A model generated the notes under the pieces. The model saw only the letters and a program-made list of their open reading frames with translations, was not told where the DNA came from and did not search any database. From NCBI GenBank assembly GCA_963848135.1, contig CAWKCK010000005.1:310001-374000 (forward strand): 64,000 bases of DNA, read 5' to 3'. The position numbers were made by a program, and so were the translations under genes. This stretch comes from an uncultured delta proteobacterium. Lineage in GTDB: Bacteria; Desulfobacterota; Desulfobacteria; Desulfobacterales; SG8-13. Below are positions 31,522 to 40,292 of the stretch, one piece after another; within the stretch, counting starts at the first letter, position 1, and every line of letters starts with the position of its first letter.

Positions 31522-32109
31522 ATGGCAGTAATATCCGGAAAATGGCACACGAGAACAATCGGCGCCGCGCAGGTCGCCGTGTCTCTCCTGTTCTGCCTGT
31601 TGATCTTCCGGGCGGCGGTGGTTTGGGGCGGCCCCCTCACCGGTACCGAATATGACGTCAAAACCGGCTTCATTTACAATTTCGCGAATTTCGTCTCGTG
31701 GCCCCCGGCAGCTTTTAAGGCCAAGGACGACGATCTGATCGTGTGCTTTGCCTCCGACAAACCGGCCGCAGACGCCCTGCTCAAATTGAACGATCAGATC
31801 ATCAGGGGAAGAAAAATCAAGGTCATCCCCTACACACAGGAGGGTTGTCTCGACGCCAGCCATATCCTCTATATCGCCACCCAAGACAAAAACCTGGTTC
31901 AGAAGCTTCTCGGCACCGCGCGGGAACGCAGCATATTGACTATAGGAGAGATCGAGGGCTTCACCCAGATGGGCGGTGTCATCAATTTCTTCGAAGAACA
32001 AAATCGCCTGCGCTTCAAAGTCAATATCGATGCTGCCAAGAGGGCCGGATTGACGATGAGTTCGCAATTGCTCGGCTCCGCACAGATTTACAGAGAGGAG
32101 CATAAGTAA
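31522..32109 (+). CDS. yfiR: YfiR-family periplasmic protein (DUF4154)
   Basis: Motifs EYDVKTGFIYNFANFVSWP, GGVINF, RFKVNIDAA, SSQLL. Confidence 0.88.
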   Translation: MAVISGKWHTRTIGAAQVAVSLLFCLLIFRAAVVWGGPLTGTEYDVKTGFIYNFANFVSWPPAAFKAKDDDLIVCFASDKPAADALLKLNDQIIRGRKIKVIPYTQEGCLDASHILYIATQDKNLVQKLLGTARERSILTIGEIEGFTQMGGVINFFEEQNRLRFKVNIDAAKRAGLTMSSQLLGSAQIYREEHK

Positions 32110-32110
32110 G

Positions 32111-34413
32111 ATGCGCGCATTTCGGGACGTCTCGATCCGATGGAAGCTGAAATTGATCATAATGCTCACCAGCGGCATCGCCCTGCTGTTTGCTTCCGCG
32201 ACCCTGATGTTCAGGGACATCACCAAGACACGCAAGAACCTGCGCAACGATCTCGCCAGCGTGGCCCATGTGATCGGAGCCAACAGCATCGGGGCTATCG
32301 TTTTCAATGATCGGGGCACAGCGGAAACCAACCTGGCGGCCCTCAGCGCCAAGCCATTTGTCGTGTTGGCCAGCATCTACGATCGCGACGGACAACCGTT
32401 TGCCGTGTATATCCACAAGGACGAAAAGGGCCATCTTTCCGTTCCCCCCTGCGGGAGCCCGGCCAATACTTTGACGGCAACTACCTGTTCGTGTTCAATC
32501 CCATCCTACAGGATGAAAAATTAATCGGCACGATTGGCATCCAATACGATCTGAGCGGCACCCAAAGGGAGATATACGCCTCGGTGGCCATATTCGGGCT
32601 CATCGTTTCGGCCGCGTTCCTGATCGCCTGGTTGTTGTCTGCTTCCTTCCAGAAGGTGATCTCCCAGCCGATCCTGAACCTGACCCAGGTGGTCGGGTCT
32701 GTTTCCGAACAAAAGGATTTTTCGGTCCGGGTCCAAAAACACTCCCAGGATGAAATCGGCGTGTTGATCGATGCCTTCAACGGAATGCTCGCCGCGCTCC
32801 AATCCCGCGATCAAAAACTCCAGGAATACCGCGAACACCTGGAAGAACAGGTGACCGCCCGTACGATGGCTTTGAGTGATACCAACAAAATGCTCCAGGC
32901 CGCCAAGGAGGCGGCCGAATCGGCCAGCCGGGCCAAAAGCGAATTCCTGGCCAACATCTCCCATGAAATCCGCACGCCGATGAACGCCGTCATCGGTTTC
33001 GCCGACCTTCTCAAACCGTTGATCACCGAGCCCAAACAGCAAAACTACCTGGCATCCATTAGTTCCAGCGGCAGAAACCTTTTGAGCCTGATCAACGGCA
33101 TCCTGGATTTGTCCAAAATCGAAGCGGGCAAGATGGAACTCGAGTACGAACCGGTCAGGCCGAGCGCATTGTTCGATGAGGTCTACAGGATGTTTGCCGC
33201 GCAAGCCGCTTTGAAGAACATCGCAATGGTGATCGATTTTTCCGGGGATATTCCCGACTGTTTGATCCTCGATGAGGTGCGTTTGAAGCAAATCCTCTTC
33301 AACCTCGTTGGCAACGCCGTCAAATTCACCGAAAAGGGATTCGTGCGCATCGAAGTTCAAAAGCGGGATTGCGTGGACGGCGACGGAATCGACCTGTCGA
33401 TTGCAGTCGAAGACACGGGCATCGGCATACCGGCGCAGTATCACGCCGACATCTTCGAGGCCTTCAAGCAGAAGGACGGCCAAAGCACAAAACGCTTCGG
33501 CGGCACCGGCCTGGGCCTTTCTATCACCAGGCGGCTGGTGGAAATGATGGCTGGAACCATCACCGTTCAAAGCGAAGAAAACAAAGGCAGCCGATTCCAG
33601 ATCCTCATCCCGCACGTTTCGGTCGTACCAGCGGCGATCGAACCCGAGGCCGTGCCCAGTGAAGTCTCTGACGATATTGTCTTCGACCCGGCCTGCATCC
33701 TCGTCGTGGATGACCTGACCCTCAACCGTTCGTTGATAAAGGAGTATCTGGCCCAGACGCCGTTGACAATCATGGAAGCCGAAAACGGCGAAGATGCCGT
33801 GCGCCTGGCCAGGCAACACCAACCGGACCTGATCCTGATGGATATCCGCATGCCGGTCCTGGACGGCATCGAAGCAACGAAACAGATCGGCCGCGACGAG
33901 GCCACCCGAGGCATTCCAGTGGTGGCCCTCACCGCTTCGGTCATGGAAGAAGAAAGAGATTCCCTTATGACCATGGGATTTGCCGGTTTTCTGGACAAGC
34001 CGGTCACCGAAAAAGCTCTTTTGCGGGAACTGAAGCGTTTCATCGGCCATGCCGCTCGGCAGCACGAACCCCAAGAGGCGCCGGCCTCGGACCTGACCCC
34101 CGCCCGCTTCGAACTTTTTCCGCAGATTCTGGAAATCCTCGAAAACGAGTACATGCAACGCTGGACGGCCACCCGGCAAAACCTGTTTTTCGACGAGATC
34201 GACGACTTCGCCATCCGGATCAGCGCCCTTGGCGACGCCCATTCCCTGGCGATACTGAGCCGATATGGAACGGATCTGAGTGCCCATGTCAAGACCTTCG
34301 ACGTGGAACAGGTCAATAGCGCGTTGAACCTCTATCCGCAGATCATTGCCAAGTTGAAATCCTTTTACCTGAAGAGAGAAAGGGAATCTATCGATGGACC
34401 TGAATCGACATAA
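32111..34413 (+). pseudogene. CHASE8-HAMP hybrid histidine kinase (HisKA-HATPase-REC), split by a -1 frameshift
   Basis: ORFs 32111-32524 and 32491-34413 join if the C6 run at 32444-32449 is C7 (VPPLREPGQYFDG). Motifs SHEIRTPMN, GGTGLGL, MDIRMP. Confidence 0.85.
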
Positions 34414-35476
34414 TCGTTTCAAAATACTCATCGTTGATGATGTGCCTAAAAACATCCAAGTCGCCGCCAGCATCCTGCAGAGCGACAGTTACCATATAGC
34501 GTTTGCCCAGGATGGCCCGACGGCTTTGAACCAAGTCGAGAGCAACCGTTTTGACCTTATCCTACTGGATATCATGATGCCGCAGATGGACGGGTTCGAG
34601 GTCTGCCGCCGCATTCGAAACCGGCCGGACAGCCGGGATACGCCCATTATTTTCCTGACAGCCAAGAACGATACCGACAGCGTCGTCAAAGGATTCGCCA
34701 TGGGAGCCATGGATTATTTGAGCAAGCCGTTCAACGGTGCTGAATTGCAGGCCAGGGTCAAAACCCACTTGGAACTCTACCGAACCAAGAAAGCGATCGA
34801 GGAGGTTAACCAGCGTCTGCAGCTGGAAATGGCTGAGCGTATCAAAGCCGAGGAGGAACTCAAACGGAGTGAGGAAAACTACCGCTATTTATCCCTGCAC
34901 GATAATTTGACCGGCCTGTACAATACGCGCCATCTTTATCGATCCTTGGAACAACTGGTCGAAGAGGGCCGCCGCCAGAGCACGACCTTTTCCCTGATCT
35001 TTTTCGATATCGACAACTTCAAGCGCGTGGTCGACACCCACGGCCATCTTAACGGCAGCAAGGCCTTGGCGGAAGTGGCCGCAGTGCTGGACAGCTGCCT
35101 CGCTGAACCCTCTTATGGCGTGGCATACGGTGGTGACGAATTTGTGGCCGTCCTTCCCGGCCATGACAAGACCCAGGCCCTGCAAAAAGCCCAAGAGATC
35201 CGCGCCACGCTGCTGCGAACGACGTTCCTGCCCAACGTCGATAACGGCGTCCGGCTGCAGGCCAGCTTCGGCGCATCAACCTATCCCGACGACGCCGGAA
35301 ACATCATCGCCATTCTTGCCCGGGCGGACCAGGCCATGTTCAACGTGAAAAGCAAAGGTAAAAACGCCGTGGGCGATGTGAACGGCGCCATTCTTTTGCA
35401 AGGTCAGGATGAGGATGCCGGCGAGCCGGTGCGGTCGCCTTTGACTTCGCAGGCCTTGAATGGCGAGGAGGCATGA
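34394..35476 (+). CDS. REC-GGDEF diguanylate cyclase response regulator
   Basis: Receiver domain; DNLTGLYN, DIDNFK, GGDEF. Confidence 0.92.
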   Translation: MDLNRHNRFKILIVDDVPKNIQVAASILQSDSYHIAFAQDGPTALNQVESNRFDLILLDIMMPQMDGFEVCRRIRNRPDSRDTPIIFLTAKNDTDSVVKGFAMGAMDYLSKPFNGAELQARVKTHLELYRTKKAIEEVNQRLQLEMAERIKAEEELKRSEENYRYLSLHDNLTGLYNTRHLYRSLEQLVEEGRRQSTTFSLIFFDIDNFKRVVDTHGHLNGSKALAEVAAVLDSCLAEPSYGVAYGGDEFVAVLPGHDKTQALQKAQEIRATLLRTTFLPNVDNGVRLQASFGASTYPDDAGNIIAILARADQAMFNVKSKGKNAVGDVNGAILLQGQDEDAGEPVRSPLTSQALNGEEA

Positions 35477-35499
35477 TCGACGACCGGCTGTAACCAGCT

Positions 35500-35545
35500 T
35501 GCCCAGAACTCGTAACCCGAAACACGCAACTCGCATCTTGATTGT
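35500..35545 (+). repeat. Short heptamer tract D
   Basis: GAACTCGTAACCCGAAACACGCAACTCGCATC. Confidence 0.65.
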
Positions 35546-35572
35546 TTTTGCTTTCACCTTATAGGATTGAAT

Positions 35573-36127
35573 ATGCCCAAGAAAGCCATTCAAAACTCAC
35601 TACTCCCAACTGAAACAATCGCAAGCAAAATTTACCTCATCCGCGGTCAAAAGGTCATGCTTGACCGGGATCTGGCTGAGCTATATGGGGTGGAAACAAA
35701 AGTGTTGAAACAGGCTGTCCGTCGAAATATTGGTCGTTTCCCGCCGGATTTTATGTTTGAGATTAACAAAAAGGAGTTTGAAACCTTGAGGTCACAAATT
35801 GTGACCTCAAGTTGGGGAGGCCTAAGGTACATGCCAATGGCTTTCACCGAGCAGGGAGTAGCCATGCTCTCGAGCGTATTGAACAGCGACCGCGCCATTC
35901 AGGTGAACATCCAAATAATACGAACCTTCACAAAACTTCGGAGCTTGTTGGCCACGCACAAAGACCTCAAACGTAAAATAGAGGCGATGGAGAAAAAGTA
36001 TGACGAGAACTTCCGGATCGTATTCGAGGCCATAAAGCATCTGTTCGATGAAGAGGAAAAACCGAAAAAGAAGATTGGGTATATAAAAGAGAAAACAAAA
36101 AAATACGGCAAGCGCACGAAAAAATAG
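35573..36127 (+). CDS. ORF6N-domain DNA-binding protein
   Basis: Motifs IYLIRGQKVMLDRDLAELYGV, RFPPDFMF, AFTEQGVAMLS. Confidence 0.9.
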   Translation: MPKKAIQNSLLPTETIASKIYLIRGQKVMLDRDLAELYGVETKVLKQAVRRNIGRFPPDFMFEINKKEFETLRSQIVTSSWGGLRYMPMAFTEQGVAMLSSVLNSDRAIQVNIQIIRTFTKLRSLLATHKDLKRKIEAMEKKYDENFRIVFEAIKHLFDEEEKPKKKIGYIKEKTKKYGKRTKK

Positions 36128-36220
36128 ATAACCGTAATTGGATTGAATTACCCCATGACCCAAACTGGTTTATCATTTTGAATTATGGTCATTATGATTT
36201 GTTTGCTGCTATGTTGAGCA

Positions 36221-36490
36221 GTTCAGGGTTCCACGTTCTGGGTTAAAAGCCATAAACAGCTTGTAACTAAATAACCTGGCTTCATGGTGTTTATAAAACC
36301 ACTTCACTCAATGGGGTTTGGCGAACATTTCGGATCTTGATCAATAGTTTGTGCCGTATCAATCGGTTCAAACCTTTGAACCCAGAACCTTCACCCCGTT
36401 GAATTCCCGAAGGTAAGACGCGCAGCGGCATTCAACCGGGGCGCAACCCAGAACCCTGAACCCAGAACCTAAAGCACCAAACACAATTTA
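36221..36490. repeat. Tract E: inverted GAACCC-heptamer ends around a spacer, plus 41-bp hairpin
   Basis: GTTCAGGGTTCCACGTTCTGGGTT on the left faces AACCTTTGAACCCAGAACC...GAACCCTGAAC on the right. Hairpin 36398-36438 is shared with tract B. Confidence 0.7.
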
Positions 36491-36520
36491 CCGAACCCTT
36501 ACCCCGAGAAAGTCAAACGA

Positions 36521-37162
36521 ATGGACATTGTACTCAATGATAAAGAGGTCCGGGTGCTCGGCAGTCTGATTGAAAAAGAGCTCTCAACACCGGATTATTA
36601 CCCCCTATCCGTTAACGCCCTGACCAACGCCTGCAACCAGAAATCCAGTCGCGATCCGGTCGTCTCCTATATGGAGCAGACGGTGGAGGAGATTGTGGAC
36701 GATTTAGTCCAAAAAGACCTGGTCCATAAAAGCCGCGTCGGCCGAGTCCCGAAGGTTGAGGAGCGTTTTACCCATGCGCACAACCTCGTTCCTCAGGAAT
36801 CCGCAGTCCTTTGCGTGTTGCTGCTTCGCGGGCCGCAGACAGGCGGTGAGATCAAGGGACGCACCGCGCGGCTATGCAAGTTCGAAAACCTGGATGAGGT
36901 TCATGAAACTCTGGGCCGTCTTGAAGAATACGGCTTTGTCGGGTGCCTCCCGCGGCAGCCCGGCCGCAAGGAATCGCGCTACATCCACCTTCTTTGCGGT
37001 GAACCGGAAATCGATAAAGAAGAAAAAGCGCCTGCTGCCGGGTACGGCGCCCCCGTGGAATCCGAGCGTATCGAAAAAGTGGAACAGGACATCCAGACGT
37101 TACAAAATGACCTGGCAGAGCTAAGAAGAGAGTTCCAGGAATTCAAAAAGCAATTTGACTAA
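36521..37162 (+). CDS. YceH/DUF480 family protein
   Basis: Motifs EVRVLGSLIEK, TPDYYPLS-NAL-NACNQK, LLLRGPQT. Confidence 0.9.
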   Translation: MDIVLNDKEVRVLGSLIEKELSTPDYYPLSVNALTNACNQKSSRDPVVSYMEQTVEEIVDDLVQKDLVHKSRVGRVPKVEERFTHAHNLVPQESAVLCVLLLRGPQTGGEIKGRTARLCKFENLDEVHETLGRLEEYGFVGCLPRQPGRKESRYIHLLCGEPEIDKEEKAPAAGYGAPVESERIEKVEQDIQTLQNDLAELRREFQEFKKQFD

Positions 37163-37189
37163 TAACCCCTAAACCTATGGAGGTTCAAA

Positions 37190-38194
37190 ATGGCAGACAC
37201 ATCATTTAAGGCCCTGGTCGTACAAGAAACCGAAGACAAAAAATACTCACGTCAGATCCTCGACAAAACCATAGATGACCTACCCCCTGGAGACGTGGTG
37301 GTCGAGGTTCACTATTCATCGCTGAATTACAAGGATGCGTTATCTGCCAGCGGCAATAAAGGCGTCACGCGCAGCTATCCCCATACGCCCGGCATCGACG
37401 CCGCCGGTGTGGTGGCGGAAAGCACAGACAGTGCGTTCAAACCCGGAGACGAGGTTATCGTCACCAGTTATGATTTGGGCATGAACACGGCAGGGGGATT
37501 TGGCCAATATATTCGCGTCCCCGGCCAGTGGGTGGTTCCCCTGCCCAAAGGGCTGACGTCAAAAGAGGCCATGTGTTACGGGACGGCGGGGTTTACGGCT
37601 GCCCTGTCAGTCTATAAACTGACGGTCCATGGGGGCATTTTGCCGGAGCATGGTGAAGTGCTGGTATCGGGCGCCACGGGAGGCGTCGGCAGTATCGCCG
37701 TGGCGATTTTGTCAAAATTGGGCTACACGGTCGCTGCCGTTAATGGTTTGATCGATGAGTCGGATTATCTGAAAAAAATCGGCGCGCAGCGAATCATCAG
37801 CATCGAAGACGCCTCTGATAAAAGCGGTCGTCCCCTTCTCAAGTCTCTCTGGTCAGGCAGCATCGACACGGTCGGCGGCGATATTCTGGCCACCTCCATC
37901 AAATCCGTGCACGCCAATGCCGTGGTCACAAGTTGCGGCAATGTCGCGTCACCTGAGCTGCCAATCAACGTATATCCCTTTATCCTGCGCGGGGTCACCC
38001 TGGTCGGTATCGATTCCCAGAATTGCCCGATGCCGAACCGGCTAAAGACTTGGGAAAAACTCGCCGTTGAGTGGAAGATCCCAATGATGGAAGCCGTCGT
38101 GGAAGAAATTACCTTGGCCGACCTGGATCAGGCCATCGACCGTATGTTGAAAGGCAAACACAAAGGCCGGGCAGTGGTAAACATGAAAGCCTAA
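37190..38194 (+). CDS. acuI: YhdH/AcuI-family NADPH-dependent (acryloyl-CoA) reductase
   Basis: Motifs YSSLNYKDAL, GTAGFTAAL, GATGGVGS, PFILRGV-L-GIDS. Confidence 0.88.
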   Translation: MADTSFKALVVQETEDKKYSRQILDKTIDDLPPGDVVVEVHYSSLNYKDALSASGNKGVTRSYPHTPGIDAAGVVAESTDSAFKPGDEVIVTSYDLGMNTAGGFGQYIRVPGQWVVPLPKGLTSKEAMCYGTAGFTAALSVYKLTVHGGILPEHGEVLVSGATGGVGSIAVAILSKLGYTVAAVNGLIDESDYLKKIGAQRIISIEDASDKSGRPLLKSLWSGSIDTVGGDILATSIKSVHANAVVTSCGNVASPELPINVYPFILRGVTLVGIDSQNCPMPNRLKTWEKLAVEWKIPMMEAVVEEITLADLDQAIDRMLKGKHKGRAVVNMKA

Positions 38195-38337
38195 AAGCTA
38201 TCTCAAAAATGTTTTTTGGCCCAATCTCCGCGTTGGTTCCTCGTTTCAAGTCCTCGACATACTTCAGTATGCCTGCGGGCTGAAATTCGGATCCGCCTTG
38301 ACCTTGAACCAAAATCCTAATTTTGAGATAGCTTTTA
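38192..38337. mobile_element. MITE family 2
   Basis: 17-bp perfect TIRs TAAAAGCTATCTCAAAA overlapping the acuI stop codon. A partial inverted copy lies at about 6589-6636. Confidence 0.75.
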
Positions 38338-38403
38338 ATCTGGGTATAAAAAAGAGGAAATTCTAGTTTACATGCAGTTGAATACTTTTCATCAGGAACT
38401 GTA

Positions 38404-38718
38404 ATGAACCTTTACACCGAGCCAACGGGCTACGAAAAAACAATTATTTCGGATTTACAGGGCGCTTGGGAAAACTTACGCGACGCCGTCGCCAGTAATG
38501 CAGGGTTCAAAGAGTGGGATCGAATTCTCTTTCATGTGGACGAGGCGATGAGTTGGGAAAGCGTACGGGACCTTCAAAGAATGCATTCAACCTTTATAGT
38601 AATTCGCAATTTAGCAGCCAAATCTGAAATACCGGATACTTTGGCCAATTGGATCAAAGAAGTTTCGATGATTCTTGAGGATGTGTTAAAGCGGATAGCG
38701 AATGGCGAAAGATTATAA
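38404..38718 (+). CDS. Hypothetical protein
   Basis: 104-aa ORF with AGGA SD and protein-like composition. Confidence 0.65.
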   Translation: MNLYTEPTGYEKTIISDLQGAWENLRDAVASNAGFKEWDRILFHVDEAMSWESVRDLQRMHSTFIVIRNLAAKSEIPDTLANWIKEVSMILEDVLKRIANGERL

Positions 38719-38819
38719 TTTCGGGCCTCAACTGAACAATATTTATGTACACGGGCACCAATTAACCGGAAGATTGAATAAATTTGGAGGTCACAATTTG
38801 TGATCTCCAAATAAAGTAT

Positions 38820-39641
38820 TCAGCCTCTCTTTTTAACGATCGGTTTTCCGTTCAAACCATCTATAATTTCCATCAGCCTGGTTTTGCGGGCGTGCTGCTG
38901 CCTCAGATACTGAAGGTACTGGTCCCACTGCATCTGCTTTTTTTGCCGCGCCATGACCGCCGATGCTTTGCGAAGGTATTTGGCTGCCTCCCGGTAGGCT
39001 TTAGGCTTGACTTGGGCGATAAACCGTTCTGCCTTTTTCTTCCAGATGTCCACCGCCCGATCCGGCGCGTGAGATTGAACTGCCGCAGCGACCTCATCTT
39101 CGTCGGCGCCGTACAAACCGAATCCTCCGTTGGAAAGTTGATCATACCAGTACAGCACTTGATCGGGCTTCTTCTCCAGAATGGCAATACCGATGAGTTG
39201 ATCTACCATGGGGTATCGTTTTCTTCCCTCTGGTTCGGGCTCGTCCAAACCGGATGCCGGGAGCGGCCATCCCTTATGTTTCCAGGGCAGGTCGCCCTTT
39301 TCGAGGTAGCGTAACAGAGACTCACGTACTTTGCCCCAAATTTTCACTTTATCTGAAGCTTTCTTGCAATCCGCAAAGGCCTTACGCGAGGGGTAGCGCA
39401 CGAATTCCTCGGCCTGAATGGCCGCAACGGCAGGCCAGTTCTTTTCTTTGGCCCGTATTTCCCGTAATTTTTCGCGCAATCTACTGGCACTGCCGGACCA
39501 TTTCCCCTTTGTGGCCCGAATTCCGATAAGAATCCAGCGTTCGGCGTCTGGATAGCGTCGAGCCGAAATCAACCTTTCGACCAATCGATTGTAACTGCCC
39601 GTTCGTTTGCCCTCCTTGCGTTTTGAGCACTTATCTCGCAA
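38820..39641 (-). pseudogene. 5'-truncated protein resembling the C-terminal helical part of SWIM zinc-finger family proteins
   Basis: Helical-repeat sequence ending ...YREAAKYLRK...LRQQHARKTRLMEIIDGL. The ORF start lies inside heptamer tract F and has no SD. Confidence 0.55.
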
Positions 39642-39750
39642 CCCGCAACTCGCAACAGTATCGTTTCCCCTGGCGCGAAGCGCCTAACCCGTATCCTCGC
39701 ACCCCGGCACCCGGGTCCCGCAACCCGCGCCACCAAACACCGACACTTGA
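39635..39750 (+). repeat. Heptamer-mosaic tract F
   Basis: GCAACCC/GCAACTC runs; GGCGCGAAGCGCC at 39672-39684. Confidence 0.8.
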
Positions 39751-39804
39751 CAATATTATGGAATTTCAATAGGTTTTATTCTTAACAAAAATAAGAGGTG
39801 CATT

Positions 39805-40026
39805 ATGACCAGGAAACTAACCGCAATTATTGAGCGTGAGGATGATGGGTTTGTCAGTCTCTGTCCCGAATTGGATGTCGCAAGTCAGGGACGCACAGTC
39901 GACGAGGCCAGAAAAAACCTGCAGGAGGCTCTGGAACTTTTCTTCGAAACAGCCTCACCGGAAGAAATCAAGGACAGGCTACATAACGAAGTTTATATAA
40001 CCCAGGTGGAGATAGCCGTTGGGTAA
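39805..40026 (+). CDS. hicB: HicB-family antitoxin
   Basis: Motif AIIEREDDGFVSLCPELDVASQG-T-DEAR-NL-EA. Confidence 0.88.
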   Translation: MTRKLTAIIEREDDGFVSLCPELDVASQGRTVDEARKNLQEALELFFETASPEEIKDRLHNEVYITQVEIAVG

Positions 40027-40235
40027 ATTACGCATTCTTTCCGGCAAAGAGGTCTGCAAAATAAAAAAAACATGGATTTATGGAAATAAGAAGGCGTGGC
40101 AGCCATATTGCGATTCAGCGGAAAGAAAAAGTTAACACGGTAACGGTGCCCGTACCGGATCACAAAGAGATTCGTATGGGGACCTTGCTTTCAATCATAC
40201 GCCAATCAGGTGTTGCCCGCTCAGAATTCGAATAA
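40019..40235 (+). pseudogene. hicA: HicA-family toxin, frameshifted in a poly-A run
   Basis: MGKLRILSGKEVCKI / KHGFMEIRRRGSH...VPVPDHKEIRMGTLLSIIRQSG. The frame break falls in the A8 run at 40063-40070. Confidence 0.82.
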
Positions 40236-40292
40236 TTCAAACCAATAAACGTTTTTCAAACATCCCGACCCGCAACTCGTAACGCGCAACCC

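Noticed and set aside
32521..34473. 650-aa minus-strand ORF
   Set aside because: Antisense shadow of the hybrid kinase caused by codon bias.
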